Shown here one piece after another: positions 1 through 12,260 of a stretch of DNA of 64,000 nt. The notes under the pieces were generated by a model, which worked only from the letters and a program-made list of their open reading frames with translations, was not told the origin of the DNA and did not search any database. Every line of letters starts with the position of its first letter. Positions within the stretch are counted from its first letter, which is position 1. Location of the stretch: assembly GCF_056746865.1 (NCBI RefSeq), contig NZ_CM163382.1; one strand, written 5' to 3'. The position numbers and the translations under genes were made by a program.

Positions 1-75
1 AGCCGCAGTACCACCAGCTTGAGTTCGACACCCGGCTGTGGCTAACGCAGTTGTCGCTTGGGCAGGACAAAATCT
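1..75 (+). CDS. 3' end of an upstream CDS entering the window (frame 3, stop TGA at 73-75); by synteny possibly ygjP
   Basis: Only frame open from position 1 to a stop at 73-75; the other two forward frames hit stops at 20-22 and 43-45. Identity is by gene order only, not by sequence recognition. Confidence 0.35.
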
Positions 76-153
76 GAAAATGATGTCAGGCGTTATCTTT
101 TCTTCCTATAGCGCCTAAAATCGACCTCCCCCCTTTCGTTAAGGATAACGACC

Positions 154-837
154 ATGCAGCCCCGCCTTCTTCTCCGTATTTGTTTTTCTCGCCGGACTCT
201 TAAGATTGGCTGTTTATTGTTGCTTATAGCAGGAGCGACCATTTTTATTGCCGATCGCGTTATGGTCAACACCAGCAAGCAGCTGACCTGGAGCGATGTC
301 AACGCAGTTCCGGCGCGTAACGTGGGTTTATTGCTGGGGGCGAGGCCGGGTAATCGCTACTTTACCCGACGTATTGATACCGCAGCAGCGTTGTACCACG
401 CCGGAAAAGTGAAATGGCTACTGGTAAGTGGCGATAACGGACGTAAAAATTACGATGAAGCCTCAGGTATGCAGCAGGCTTTGATCGCTAAAGGCGTACC
501 GGCGAAAGTGATCTTCTGCGACTATGCCGGATTCTCAACGCTTGATTCCGTGGTGCGTGCCAAAAAGGTGTTTGGTGAAAACCATATCACCATTATTTCG
601 CAAGAATTTCATAACCAACGCGCCATCTGGCTGGCAAAACAGTACGGCATCGACGCTATCGGCTTTAACGCGCCAGACCTCAATATGAAGCACGGTTTTT
701 ATACTCAGTTACGGGAGAAACTCGCCAGAGTCAGCGCGGTGATTGACGCCAAAATCCTCCATCGCCAGCCGAAATATCTCGGGCCATCGGTCATGATTGG
801 GCCGTTTAGTGAGCATGGCTGTCCGGCGCAGAAATAA
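154..837 (+). CDS. ygjQ: DUF218/SanA-like inner-membrane protein YgjQ
   Basis: 227-aa ORF with an N-terminal hydrophobic segment; AAGGA Shine-Dalgarno about 7 nt upstream of the ATG; protein recognised and synteny with ygjR/alx. Confidence 0.85.
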   Translation: MQPRLLLRICFSRRTLKIGCLLLLIAGATIFIADRVMVNTSKQLTWSDVNAVPARNVGLLLGARPGNRYFTRRIDTAAALYHAGKVKWLLVSGDNGRKNYDEASGMQQALIAKGVPAKVIFCDYAGFSTLDSVVRAKKVFGENHITIISQEFHNQRAIWLAKQYGIDAIGFNAPDLNMKHGFYTQLREKLARVSAVIDAKILHRQPKYLGPSVMIGPFSEHGCPAQK

Positions 838-915
838 TGCGTATCTGCGCACGTCGAAGATGAAAAAGGCGTGCTACATTGACGGCAGAATCCCTTTATG
901 GAGTATCCACGCGTT

Positions 916-1902
916 ATGATACGTTTCGCTGTGATTGGTACGAACTGGATCACTCGCCAGTTCGTCGAGGCCGCCCATGAGAGCGGTAAATACAAGTTAA
1001 CCGCCGTATATTCCCGCAGCCTTGAACAGGCCCAGCACTTTGCCAATGATTTTTCTGTCGAGCATCTGTTTACGTCGCTGGAAGCGATGGCAGAAAGCGA
1101 TGCCATTGACGCGGTGTATATTGCCAGCCCGAATGCCCTGCACTTTTCCCAGACACAACTTTTCCTTAGCCACAAAATTCATGTGATTTGCGAGAAGCCG
1201 CTGGCATCGAATCTGGCGGAAGTGGATGCCGCCATTGCCTGTGCGCGGGAAAATCAGGTGGTGCTGTTTGAGGCATTTAAAACCGCCAGCCTGCCGAACT
1301 TTCATCTGTTACGCCAGGCACTGCCGAAAGTCGGCAAACTGCGTAAAGTCTTTTTCAACTATTGCCAGTATTCCTCGCGGTATCAACGTTACCTGGATGG
1401 TGAGAATCCCAACACCTTTAATCCGGCATTCTCTAACGGTTCAATTATGGATATCGGCTTTTACTGCCTGGCGTCGGCGGTGGCATTATTCGGTGAACCG
1501 AAAAGCGTGCAGGCAACCGCCAGTTTGCTGGCAAGCGGTGTGGATGCCCACGGCGTGGTGGTGATGGATTACGGTGATTTCAGCGTTACGTTGCAGCACT
1601 CAAAAGTGAGCGATTCTGTCCTGGCAAGCGAGATTCAGGGCGAAGCAGGATCGCTGGTGATTGAAAAACTGTCTGAATGCCAGAAAGTTTGCTTTGTTCC
1701 GCGTGGCAGCCAGATGCAGGATCTCACCCAACCGCAGCATATTAATACCATGCTCTACGAAGCAGAGCTGTTTGCTGAACTGGTGGATGAACATCTGGTG
1801 GATCATCCAGGGCTGGCGGTCAGTCGCATCACCGCCAAACTGCTGACCGAGATCCGCCGCCAGACTGGGGTGATTTTTCCGGCAGATAGCGTAAAACTAT
1901 AA
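916..1902 (+). CDS. ygjR: Gfo/Idh/MocA-family NAD(P)-binding oxidoreductase YgjR
   Basis: ORF track 898..1902; N-terminal Rossmann-like MIRFAVIGTNWITRQF; start moved to the second in-frame ATG to give the remembered 328 aa. Confidence 0.85.
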   Translation: MIRFAVIGTNWITRQFVEAAHESGKYKLTAVYSRSLEQAQHFANDFSVEHLFTSLEAMAESDAIDAVYIASPNALHFSQTQLFLSHKIHVICEKPLASNLAEVDAAIACARENQVVLFEAFKTASLPNFHLLRQALPKVGKLRKVFFNYCQYSSRYQRYLDGENPNTFNPAFSNGSIMDIGFYCLASAVALFGEPKSVQATASLLASGVDAHGVVVMDYGDFSVTLQHSKVSDSVLASEIQGEAGSLVIEKLSECQKVCFVPRGSQMQDLTQPQHINTMLYEAELFAELVDEHLVDHPGLAVSRITAKLLTEIRRQTGVIFPADSVKL

Positions 1903-1974
1903 TTGCCAAAGTAAAGCAGTGTAAAAGGCATGTAACAGACCATTGACTGACTGAATGGTCTGTCATACTTTGTT

Positions 1975-2133
1975 ACCTGCAAAGGGGAGTAACTTCATTG
2001 CCGGTCGATCGTCATTACGATGTGTGAAAAACCACATCCGGTCACCGGGCAACCCGAAAGGAATACGCAGACGTATTCCTTTTTTGTTGTAAGTGAGACC
2101 TTGCCGGAAGGCGAGGTCTATGCATAAAAAGCA
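1975..2133 (+). promoter_or_regulatory. sraF: alx 5' leader: yybP-ykoY-type (Mn2+/alkaline-pH responsive) riboswitch element, also known as SraF
   Basis: Conserved-looking motifs aaaggggagta (about 1981) and gtgagaccttgccgg (about 2094) directly upstream of alx; family assignment is from established knowledge of the alx leader. Confidence 0.6.
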
Positions 2134-2167
2134 GCGGCTGACGTCTTCCGACGTTGGCCGTTTTTTT
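2134..2167 (+). terminator. Leader attenuator hairpin followed by a T7 run, upstream of the alx start codon
   Basis: Imperfect GC-rich inverted repeat (cggctgacgtc ... gacgttggccg) followed by ttttttt at 2161-2167, 18 nt before the alx ATG. Confidence 0.55.
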
Positions 2168-2184
2168 ATGTGTAAGGAACTTCT

Positions 2185-3150
2185 ATGAATACTGTCGGCA
2201 CGCCGTTGCTATGGGGCGGATTCGCTGTTGTTGTCGCCATTATGCTGGCTATCGACCTGTTGTTGCAGGGGCGTCGTGGGGCACATGGCATGACCATGAA
2301 ACAGGCTGCGGCCTGGTCGCTGGTCTGGGTGACGCTGTCGTTACTGTTTAACGCCGCTTTCTGGTGGTATCTGGTGCAAACCGAAGGTCGCGCCGTTGCC
2401 GATCCACAGGCACTGGCCTTTCTCACGGGTTATCTGATTGAGAAATCGCTGGCGGTCGATAACGTCTTTGTCTGGCTGATGTTGTTCAGCTATTTCTCTG
2501 TTCCGGCGGCGTTACAACGGCGCGTGCTGGTGTATGGCGTGCTCGGGGCGATTGTTCTGCGTACCATCATGATCTTCACTGGCAGCTGGCTGATTTCGCA
2601 GTTCGACTGGATCCTGTATATCTTCGGTGCCTTCCTGCTGTTTACCGGCGTGAAGATGGCGCTGGCCCATGAAGATGAATCAGGCATTGGCGACAAGCCG
2701 CTGGTGCGCTGGCTACGCGGTCATTTGCGCATGACCGACACCATCGACAACGAGCATTTCTTTGTGCGTAAGAATGGCTTGCTGTATGCCACGCCGCTGA
2801 TGCTGGTGCTGATTCTGGTGGAATTGAGCGACGTGATTTTCGCCGTGGATAGCATTCCGGCTATCTTCGCCGTGACCACTGACCCGTTCATTGTGCTGAC
2901 CTCAAACCTGTTTGCGATCCTCGGCCTGCGTGCGATGTATTTCCTGCTGGCGGGCGTAGCAGAACGTTTCTCGATGCTCAAATATGGCCTGGCGGTGATT
3001 CTGGTGTTTATCGGTATCAAGATGCTGATTGTCGACTTCTACCATATTCCAATCGCCGTCTCGCTGGGCGTGGTGTTTGGCATTCTGGTGATGACGTTTA
3101 TTATCAACGCCTGGGTGAATTATCGGCATGATAAGCAGCGGGGAGAATGA
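2185..3150 (+). CDS. alx: TerC-family inner-membrane protein Alx (putative Mn2+ exporter)
   Basis: 321-aa multi-pass membrane ORF; sequence recognised; sits downstream of the riboswitch leader. Confidence 0.93.
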   Translation: MNTVGTPLLWGGFAVVVAIMLAIDLLLQGRRGAHGMTMKQAAAWSLVWVTLSLLFNAAFWWYLVQTEGRAVADPQALAFLTGYLIEKSLAVDNVFVWLMLFSYFSVPAALQRRVLVYGVLGAIVLRTIMIFTGSWLISQFDWILYIFGAFLLFTGVKMALAHEDESGIGDKPLVRWLRGHLRMTDTIDNEHFFVRKNGLLYATPLMLVLILVELSDVIFAVDSIPAIFAVTTDPFIVLTSNLFAILGLRAMYFLLAGVAERFSMLKYGLAVILVFIGIKMLIVDFYHIPIAVSLGVVFGILVMTFIINAWVNYRHDKQRGE

Positions 3151-3249
3151 TTCGCTGTATATTAAGCCATTACTAGAGATAACTCATTCCAGACAAAGGT
3201 GAGCTATTAATTATGTAATCGGCTTATAGCTCTTTACAAAAAGACCGCA

Positions 3250-3530
3250 CGGGTGTTGGTGGCGTCAAAATCGCCGAAGCGTTCCCTGGAGGCCGGGGCG
3301 ACGCGCATGGATGCGCGGCGAGGGCGCATCTTACAGGGACGTTCCCTTGCGCCCGACCCGGTAGCCGCAAGGGATAAGCTGAGGGAACCGCGCAGCGGCG
3401 ATTTTGTTCGCCAGAGCCTGGGGGTGCAGGGGGCGGCGGCGATTGGCCGCCCCCTGCGCGCTCCCTGCGGCATTGACTTTATATGGCATAGCACATTAAA
3501 GGAGCGCAACCGTTCTCATATTCCAAATAG
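3250..3530. repeat. GC-rich structured intergenic element with nested inverted repeats (unclassified repeat family)
   Basis: Arm gtcaaaatcgccgaagcg (about 3263-3281) pairs with cgcagcggcgattttg (about 3391-3406); separate 9-bp G/C stem gggggcggc...gccgccccc at about 3430-3455. The ORFs called here have no RBS and repeat-like composition. Confidence 0.4.
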
Positions 3531-3765
3531 TTTTGCCCATATGTTATCTAATCAGCCTTAGTAGCCAGTCCTTCCCTCTGTTTATGTCAAATAAATGTAA
3601 CCATGAAGTTGCAAAATATGACCTCTCTTTAAAATCCAGCATTTTTCGCTTCCCGAAGCTGTAACTTTCCTTATACTCGACCTTGCAAACACTTTGTTAC
3701 ATCCTGAAAGATGCGTCGACAGAACGCACCAGGGATGTGCGACAACACAATGAAAGGATCGAAAA

Positions 3766-5010
3766 ATGACTACGCAACGTTCACCGGGGCTATTCCGGCG
3801 TCTGGCTCATGGCAGCCTGGTAAAACAAATCCTGGTCGGCCTTGTTCTGGGGATTCTTCTGGCATGGATCTCAAAACCCGCGGCGGAAGCTGTTGGTCTG
3901 TTAGGTACTTTGTTCGTCGGCGCACTGAAAGCCGTTGCCCCCATCCTGGTGTTGATGCTGGTAATGGCGTCTATTGCTAACCACCAGCACGGGCAGAAAA
4001 CCAATATCCGTCCTATTTTGTTCCTCTATCTACTGGGCACCTTCTCTGCTGCTCTGGCCGCAGTAGTCTTCAGCTTTGCCTTCCCTTCTACCCTGCACTT
4101 GTCCAGTAGCGCGGGTGATATTTCGCCGCCGTCAGGCATTGTCGAAGTGATGCGCGGGCTGGTAATGAGCATGGTTTCCAACCCCATCGACGCGCTGCTG
4201 AAAGGTAACTACATCGGGATTCTGGTGTGGGCAATTGGCCTCGGTTTCGCACTGCGTCACGGTAACGAGACCACCAAAAACCTGGTCAACGATATGTCGA
4301 ATGCCGTCACCTTTATGGTGAAACTGGTCATTCGCTTCGCACCGATCGGTATTTTTGGTCTGGTTTCTTCTACCCTGGCAACCACCGGTTTCTCCACACT
4401 GTGGGGCTACGCGCAACTGCTGGTCGTGCTGGTTGGCTGTATGCTGCTGGTGGCGCTGGTGGTTAACCCCTTGCTGGTGTGGTGGAAAATTCGTCGTAAC
4501 CCGTTCCCGCTGGTGCTGCTGTGCCTGCGCGAAAGCGGCGTGTACGCCTTCTTCACCCGCAGCTCTGCGGCGAACATTCCGGTGAATATGGCGCTGTGTG
4601 AAAAGCTGAATCTGGATCGCGATACCTATTCCGTTTCTATTCCGCTGGGTGCCACCATCAATATGGCGGGCGCAGCAATCACCATTACCGTGTTGACGCT
4701 GGCTGCGGTTAATACGCTGGGTATTCCGGTCGATCTGCCCACAGCGCTGCTGTTGAGCGTAGTGGCTTCTCTGTGTGCCTGTGGCGCATCCGGCGTGGCG
4801 GGGGGTTCTCTGCTGCTGATCCCACTGGCCTGTAATATGTTCGGTATTTCGAACGATATCGCCATGCAGGTGGTTGCCGTCGGCTTTATCATCGGCGTAT
4901 TGCAGGACTCTTGCGAAACCGCGCTGAACTCTTCAACTGACGTGCTGTTCACTGCGGCAGCTTGCCAGGCAGAAGACGATCGTCTGGCAAATAGCGCCCT
5001 GCGTAATTAA
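3766..5010 (+). CDS. sstT: Na+-coupled serine/threonine symporter SstT
   Basis: 414-aa membrane ORF; sequence recognised (DAACS family); GAAAGGA RBS upstream. Confidence 0.93.
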   Translation: MTTQRSPGLFRRLAHGSLVKQILVGLVLGILLAWISKPAAEAVGLLGTLFVGALKAVAPILVLMLVMASIANHQHGQKTNIRPILFLYLLGTFSAALAAVVFSFAFPSTLHLSSSAGDISPPSGIVEVMRGLVMSMVSNPIDALLKGNYIGILVWAIGLGFALRHGNETTKNLVNDMSNAVTFMVKLVIRFAPIGIFGLVSSTLATTGFSTLWGYAQLLVVLVGCMLLVALVVNPLLVWWKIRRNPFPLVLLCLRESGVYAFFTRSSAANIPVNMALCEKLNLDRDTYSVSIPLGATINMAGAAITITVLTLAAVNTLGIPVDLPTALLLSVVASLCACGASGVAGGSLLLIPLACNMFGISNDIAMQVVAVGFIIGVLQDSCETALNSSTDVLFTAAACQAEDDRLANSALRN

Positions 5011-5014
5011 TTGT

Positions 5015-5566
5015 TTAACCCCTTTCGTCTACGGCGGAAGGGGTTTTCTCTACTTTAAACGGATCAATTCCCCTTTTCTGCATCCGCCAGAAACGAATGA
5101 TATTCAGACCATTCATCAGCAGAAAACTCCCCTCAATCATCGTGCCGCCTATCGACCCCGCCCAGAAGTTGTGAATCACCCAGCAACACGTTGAAAACCA
5201 CATTACGCAGCGCATGGTCAGCCCTTTACAGCGGAACAGCGCCCAGGTACTGACAATCGTGCCGATTACCGGCAGTAGTTCGACAGGATGATGGAACTTC
5301 GCGAGGCCAATTCCGCCAGTCAGCACAATAAAAATCGCCATTACCCATAAGCTGCGCGTGCGTAAAGTAATCAGCGTACGAATGGCATTAAGGATGGCAC
5401 TGGCACCAGCGGGATAGGTGCCCAGAAGAAAAAAATGTACGCCAATAACGGCGCTATAGACCGAAAGCTGCTTTTTGAAGCGACGTTCGTCACGATTGAA
5501 AAATGTTGTGATACCGATCAGAAAGGCGATGACACCCACGCCCTGGGCCAGCCAATACGCGGTCAT
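5015..5566 (-). CDS. ygjV: Inner-membrane protein YgjV
   Basis: 183-aa hydrophobic ORF, recognised; convergent with sstT. Confidence 0.85.
   Translation of the reverse strand: MTAYWLAQGVGVIAFLIGITTFFNRDERRFKKQLSVYSAVIGVHFFLLGTYPAGASAILNAIRTLITLRTRSLWVMAIFIVLTGGIGLAKFHHPVELLPVIGTIVSTWALFRCKGLTMRCVMWFSTCCWVIHNFWAGSIGGTMIEGSFLLMNGLNIIRFWRMQKRGIDPFKVEKTPSAVDERG
5017..5046. terminator. Stem-loop between convergent sstT and ygjV, lying inside the last codons of ygjV
   Basis: cccctt...aagggg inverted repeat (about 5019-5044) followed by ttttctc, starting 7 nt after the sstT stop. Confidence 0.5.
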
Positions 5567-5648
5567 GATAAATCCTTAGCAGGTATGGAAAAGCAAACGG
5601 CGCTTCACATTATGAAACGCCGTTTTTTATTAACAACTCATTTCGACT

Positions 5649-7136
5649 TTATAGCGTTACGCCGCTTTTGAAGATCGCCAGTTCGCGGAAGTCGTTACGC
5701 TCGTTGCAGGTTTGTTTACCATTGGCAAACTCAACGATGGTATCGATAAATTCTTCCAGCAACTGCGGCATCGCTTTACCGTGGATCAGCTGACCCGCGT
5801 CAAAGTCGATCCAGTGTTTTTTCTTCGCCGCCAGTTCACTGTTGGTGGCGATTTTCACCGTCGGCACAAATCCACCATACGGCGTGCCACGACCAGTACT
5901 GAACAGCACCATATGGCAGCCCGCACCCGCCAGGGCGCTGGTCGCTACGGCATCGTTACCCGGCGCACTTAACAAGTTCAGCCCCGGTGTTTTCAGACGC
6001 TCACCGTAACGCAGCACGTCAACCACGACGCTGGAACCCGCTTTCTGGGTACAGCCAAGTGATTTGTCTTCCAGCGTGGTGATACCGCCCGCTTTGTTCC
6101 CCGGCGATGGGTTTTCATAGATCGGCTGGTCATGGGCAATAAAGTACTGCTTGAAGTCATTGACCATGGTGACCAGTTTTTCAAACGTTGCTTCGTCGCG
6201 GCAATGGTCCATCAGCAACTGCTCTGCGCCAAACATCTCCGGCACTTCGGTCAGTACGGTAGTACCGCCGTTAGCAATCACGTAGTCAGAGAAACGCCCC
6301 AGCATCGGGTTAGCAGTAATACCAGAAAGACCGTCAGAACCACCGCACTCCAGACCAAACTTCAGTTCGCTGAGTTTGCCTGGCTCGCGCTTGTCGTTGC
6401 GCATCACGTTATACAGCTGATGCAGATGCTCGATCCCGGCTTCGATCTCATCATCCTGCTGTTGGCAGATCATGAAATGAACGCGTTCAGGATCGATATC
6501 GCCCAGCGTTTCACGGAATGCGGTAACCTGGTTGTTTTCACAGCCCAGACCAATCACCAGCACTGCGCCTGCGTTCGGGTGGCGCACCATGTTTTGCAGC
6601 ATGGTGCGGGTATTAATGTGATCGTCGCCCAGCTGTGAGCAGCCGTAGGTGTGGCTGAAGAGGAACACGCCGTCGGTACCTTCAGCGTTGTTGGTCTCTT
6701 TCAGAAAACGGTTCTGGATCTGCCGCGCGATGCCGTTAACACAGCCCACGGTTGGCAGGATCCACAGCTCATTGCGCACCCCGACATCGCCGTTAGCGCG
6801 ACGATAGATCTGCACTTCACGATCTGCCGCTTGCGCAGGCAGATCCTGAAAATCAGGTTGATAGCGATACTGATCCAGATCGCTCAGATTCGTGCGCGTA
6901 TTGTGGGCGTGAACGTGTTCCCCCGCCGCAATATCCGCCAATGCATAACCAATCGGCAGGCCATATTTGATGACGTTGGCCCCTTTTGCGATATCCGTTA
7001 ACGCAAATTTATGTCCACGAGCAACATCCTGGCGCAGCGTAACAGTCTGGTTGTCGACACTGACTTCTGTGCCTTCCGCCAAATCTGCTAAAGCGACCGC
7101 GACGTTATCCAGCGCATGGATCTTGATGTATTGCAT
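5649..7136 (-). CDS. uxaA: Altronate dehydratase UxaA
   Basis: 495-aa ORF; N-terminal SAF-like region and conserved dehydratase core recognised; immediately downstream of uxaC on the same strand. Confidence 0.95.
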   Translation of the reverse strand: MQYIKIHALDNVAVALADLAEGTEVSVDNQTVTLRQDVARGHKFALTDIAKGANVIKYGLPIGYALADIAAGEHVHAHNTRTNLSDLDQYRYQPDFQDLPAQAADREVQIYRRANGDVGVRNELWILPTVGCVNGIARQIQNRFLKETNNAEGTDGVFLFSHTYGCSQLGDDHINTRTMLQNMVRHPNAGAVLVIGLGCENNQVTAFRETLGDIDPERVHFMICQQQDDEIEAGIEHLHQLYNVMRNDKREPGKLSELKFGLECGGSDGLSGITANPMLGRFSDYVIANGGTTVLTEVPEMFGAEQLLMDHCRDEATFEKLVTMVNDFKQYFIAHDQPIYENPSPGNKAGGITTLEDKSLGCTQKAGSSVVVDVLRYGERLKTPGLNLLSAPGNDAVATSALAGAGCHMVLFSTGRGTPYGGFVPTVKIATNSELAAKKKHWIDFDAGQLIHGKAMPQLLEEFIDTIVEFANGKQTCNERNDFRELAIFKSGVTL

Positions 7137-7150
7137 ATCAACCCCAGACC

Positions 7151-8665
<1,515 letters not shown>

Positions 8666-8776
8666 TCAATAAACGTAGTTAAAAAAATTACTCTCAAAGT
8701 GGTAAATCTCGCTGCAGGCCGCGCCAGTACTGGCCTCGCTGTCGTCAGGTAATGTCCCTACAAATATTCCCACATT

Positions 8777-8792
8777 TGTGATGGCTCTCACC
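8777..8792. promoter_or_regulatory. Candidate CRP site in the uxaCA / exuT divergent control region
   Basis: tgtgatggctctcacc approximates TGTGA-N6-TCACA in the about 480-bp divergent intergenic region; role inferred from known cAMP-CRP control of hexuronate genes. Confidence 0.4.
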
Positions 8793-9045
8793 TTTTAAAG
8801 TTGTATGACAAGTTATCTTTCTGCCGTCGCAAATCATAAGTCGACGGAATGCAAATTGCCGATTCATTCATTTGTTAGATGAATCGGGTTAACCGGTACG
8901 GAAGCCGAATTAGCACGAAACTTTCATGGCAACGTTCGGGGCGTGCCGGTTTTTTTTCGGTTACCCGGTCGTAACTAACATCTTCAGCCTCTGGCGGGAT
9001 GATGGCCGCGCTTCCTGCGGATATAACAAAACGATGAGGTTTTAC

Positions 9046-10344
9046 ATGCGTAAAATTAAAGGGTTACGTTGGTATATGATCGCACTGGTGACGCTCGGCA
9101 CCGTGCTTGGTTACCTGACGCGTAACACTGTGGCGGCAGCTGCGCCAACTCTGATGGAAGAGTTAAACATCTCCACCCAACAGTATTCCTATATCATCGC
9201 AGCCTATTCTGCTGCTTATACGGTCATGCAACCGGTAGCGGGTTATGTACTGGATGTGCTGGGTACGAAAATCGGTTACGCAATGTTTGCTGTACTGTGG
9301 GCCGTATTCTGTGGTGCAACCGCGCTGGCAGGTAGCTGGGGTGGCCTGGCGATTGCTCGTGGTGCGGTCGGTGCCGCGGAAGCAGCGATGATCCCGGCGG
9401 GTCTGAAAGCCAGCTCCGAATGGTTCCCGGCGAAAGAGCGTTCCATCGCAGTAGGCTACTTTAACGTAGGTTCTTCTATTGGTGCGATGATTGCGCCGCC
9501 GCTGGTTGTATGGGCAATCGTGATGCACAGCTGGCAGATGGCATTTATCATCTCCGGTGCATTGAGCTTTATCTGGGCAATGGCATGGCTGATTTTCTAT
9601 AAACATCCGCGCGACCAGAAGCATCTGACCGATGAAGAACGCGACTACATTATTAATGGTCAGGAAGCCCAGCACCAGGTGAGCACGGCGAAGAAAATGT
9701 CCGTTGGTCAGATCCTGCGTAACCGTCAGTTCTGGGGTATTGCACTGCCGCGTTTCCTGGCAGAACCGGCCTGGGGTACTTTTAACGCGTGGATCCCGCT
9801 GTTCATGTTTAAAGTTTACGGCTTTAACCTGAAAGAGATCGCGATGTTTGCCTGGATGCCGATGCTGTTTGCTGACCTCGGTTGTATCCTCGGTGGTTAC
9901 CTGCCGCCGCTGTTCCAGCGTTGGTTTGGTGTTAACCTGATCGTTTCTCGTAAGATGGTCGTAACGCTGGGTGCTGTGCTGATGATTGGCCCGGGTATGA
10001 TCGGTCTGTTCACCAACCCGTATGTCGCAATTATGCTGCTGTGTATCGGTGGTTTTGCTCACCAGGCACTGTCTGGCGCGCTGATTACGCTCTCTTCTGA
10101 CGTGTTCGGTCGTAACGAAGTGGCAACGGCAAACGGTTTAACCGGGATGTCCGCATGGCTGGCAAGTACGCTGTTTGCGCTGGTTGTCGGTGCACTGGCT
10201 GACACCATCGGCTTCAGCCCGCTGTTCGCAGTTCTGGCAGTATTTGACCTGCTGGGTGCGCTGGTTATCTGGACGGTGTTGCAGAACAAACCGGCGATTG
10301 AGGTGGCGCAGGAAACACATAACGATCCTGCACCGCAACATTAA
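9046..10344 (+). CDS. exuT: Hexuronate (galacturonate/glucuronate):H+ symporter ExuT (MFS)
   Basis: ORF track 8926..10344; start set at MRKIKGLRWYM (432 aa) with GAGG 8 nt upstream; 12-TM MFS pattern. Confidence 0.93.
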   Translation: MRKIKGLRWYMIALVTLGTVLGYLTRNTVAAAAPTLMEELNISTQQYSYIIAAYSAAYTVMQPVAGYVLDVLGTKIGYAMFAVLWAVFCGATALAGSWGGLAIARGAVGAAEAAMIPAGLKASSEWFPAKERSIAVGYFNVGSSIGAMIAPPLVVWAIVMHSWQMAFIISGALSFIWAMAWLIFYKHPRDQKHLTDEERDYIINGQEAQHQVSTAKKMSVGQILRNRQFWGIALPRFLAEPAWGTFNAWIPLFMFKVYGFNLKEIAMFAWMPMLFADLGCILGGYLPPLFQRWFGVNLIVSRKMVVTLGAVLMIGPGMIGLFTNPYVAIMLLCIGGFAHQALSGALITLSSDVFGRNEVATANGLTGMSAWLASTLFALVVGALADTIGFSPLFAVLAVFDLLGALVIWTVLQNKPAIEVAQETHNDPAPQH

Positions 10345-10373
10345 GGCTTCGTGTAAGTTTTAGTTTCCCTTCA

Positions 10374-10399
10374 AAGCCGCCTTCTCAGGCGGCTTTTTC
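10374..10399 (+). terminator. Rho-independent terminator downstream of exuT
   Basis: aaagccgcc-ttctc-aggcggc stem-loop followed by ttttt. Confidence 0.8.
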
Positions 10400-10473
10400 A
10401 TCACTGTGAGTAGAGCTAAACTCGCAAAAGTGGTATAACAAATATAGTCTGCCGTATCATGCCTGGAGCGCAT

Positions 10474-11250
10474 ATGGAAATCACTGAACCACGCCGTTTG
10501 TATCAACAACTTGCCGCTGATCTGAAAGAGCGCATCGAACAGGGCGTCTATCTGGTGGGTGATAAACTGCCTGCTGAGCGCTTTATTGCCGATGAAAAGA
10601 ACGTCAGCCGTACGGTAGTTCGTGAAGCCATCATCATGCTGGAAGTTGAAGGCTATGTGGAGGTGCGTAAAGGTTCAGGTATTCACGTGGTTTCCAACCA
10701 GCCGCGTCATCAGCAGGCGGCGGACAATAATATGGAATTCGCCAATTACGGTCCGTTTGAGTTGCTCCAGGCTCGCCAGCTCATCGAAAGTAATATTGCC
10801 GAGTTCGCGGCAACTCAGGTAACGAAACAGGACATCATGAAACTGATGGCCATCCAGGAGCAGGCGCGCGGCGAACAATGCTTCCGTGATTCCGAGTGGG
10901 ATTTGCAGTTCCACATTCAGGTAGCCCTGGCGACGCAGAACTCCGCCCTGGCGGCTATCGTTGAAAAAATGTGGACCCAACGTAGCCATAACCCGTACTG
11001 GAAAAAACTACACGAACACATTGATGCCCGTACTGTCGATAACTGGTGCGATGACCACGATCAGATCCTCAAGGCGTTAATTCGCAAAGATCCTCATGCT
11101 GCCAAGCTGGCAATGTGGCAGCATCTGGAAAACACCAAAATCATGTTATTTAACGAAACCAGCGACGATTTCGAGTTCAATGCCGACCGCTATCTGTTCG
11201 CAGAAAACCCGGTAGTGCATCTCGATACGGCCACCAGCGGCAGCAAATGA
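10474..11250 (+). CDS. exuR: GntR/FadR-family hexuronate regulon repressor ExuR
   Basis: ORF track 10459..11250; start at [13 protein letters not shown] (258 aa); N-terminal winged-HTH and FCD-like C-terminal domain. Confidence 0.93.
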   Translation: MEITEPRRLYQQLAADLKERIEQGVYLVGDKLPAERFIADEKNVSRTVVREAIIMLEVEGYVEVRKGSGIHVVSNQPRHQQAADNNMEFANYGPFELLQARQLIESNIAEFAATQVTKQDIMKLMAIQEQARGEQCFRDSEWDLQFHIQVALATQNSALAAIVEKMWTQRSHNPYWKKLHEHIDARTVDNWCDDHDQILKALIRKDPHAAKLAMWQHLENTKIMLFNETSDDFEFNADRYLFAENPVVHLDTATSGSK

Positions 11251-11594
11251 AATTTCCATCCGACAGGCGCTGCAATGCGCCTGTTTGCTTCGTCGGTAAG
11301 CGAAAAGTATAAAGTGTCAGCCTGTGTAAATCCTCTCGCCACCCTCCCCTGCAATCAGCAAAATCAGACTCCACGGACATGTAATTTTGATAACGAACAA
11401 CGTTGACCTTTGTTACAATTAGATTCAATTTGAATTTATGCTTTTGAATGCTTTCTTATCTCACGATTTAACAGGGAATAGTTCAGGCTGTGTTGATGTA
11501 TCAAACCCGCAAAACATACCAAAACAGCAATAACATTGCGGTAGTGCATCTTTTAAAACCAGCGTGGCGTTAACCGATTCACCAGGAATAATGA

Positions 11595-12257
11595 ATGGAA
11601 CTTTTGACCCAATTGCTGCAAGCCCTGTGGGCGCAGGATTTTGAAACCCTGGCCAATCCGTCGATGATTGGCATGTTGTATTTTGTCTTGTTTGTAATTT
11701 TGTTCCTTGAAAACGGCTTGCTTCCGGCGGCCTTTTTACCGGGCGACAGTTTACTGGTGTTGGTCGGCGTATTGATTGCGAAAGGCGCGATGGGCTATCC
11801 GCAAACGATTCTGCTGCTGACCGTTGCCGCCAGCCTCGGTTGCTGGGTCAGCTATATTCAGGGGCGATGGTTGGGCAATACCCGCACTGTACAAAACTGG
11901 CTATCTCATTTACCCGCGCATTATCATCAACGCGCACACCATCTTTTTCATAAACACGGTTTATCGGCGCTGTTAATTGGTCGCTTTATTGCATTTGTCA
12001 GAACACTGCTGCCGACGATTGCCGGATTATCAGGGCTGAATAACGCGCGCTTTCAGTTCTTCAACTGGATGAGCGGTCTGCTGTGGGTATTGATCCTGAC
12101 AACTCTGGGTTACATGCTCGGCAAAACGCCGGTATTTTTAAAGTACGAGGACCAGCTGATGTCATGCCTGATGCTGCTCCCGGTGGTGCTGCTGGTGTTT
12201 GGCCTGGCAGGTTCTCTGGTCGTGTTATGGAAAAAGAAATATGGAAATCGGGGGTAA
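11595..12257 (+). CDS. yqjA: DedA-family inner-membrane protein YqjA
   Basis: 220-aa ORF, recognised. Confidence 0.9.
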   Translation: MELLTQLLQALWAQDFETLANPSMIGMLYFVLFVILFLENGLLPAAFLPGDSLLVLVGVLIAKGAMGYPQTILLLTVAASLGCWVSYIQGRWLGNTRTVQNWLSHLPAHYHQRAHHLFHKHGLSALLIGRFIAFVRTLLPTIAGLSGLNNARFQFFNWMSGLLWVLILTTLGYMLGKTPVFLKYEDQLMSCLMLLPVVLLVFGLAGSLVVLWKKKYGNRG

Positions 12258-12260
12258 GGG

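Noticed and set aside
3234-3561. ORFs of 91 aa and 102 aa in the alx-sstT spacer
   Set aside because: Arg/Ala/Gly-rich translation of a GC-rich palindromic region; no Shine-Dalgarno; better explained as a structured repeat or RNA (reported as a finding).
8926-9045. N-terminal extensions of ORF-track calls (exuT 8926, garK 35943, agaD 51727, tdcF 24771, lpoA 54381, and similar)
   Set aside because: The most-upstream in-frame start lacks an RBS and overlaps upstream genes or repeats; internal starts with Shine-Dalgarno sequences reproduce the remembered protein lengths.
9163-10062. 299-aa ORF on the minus strand, entirely inside exuT
   Set aside because: Antisense to a well-supported MFS transporter gene; His/Arg/Thr/Gln-rich composition typical of a spurious antisense frame; no RBS.
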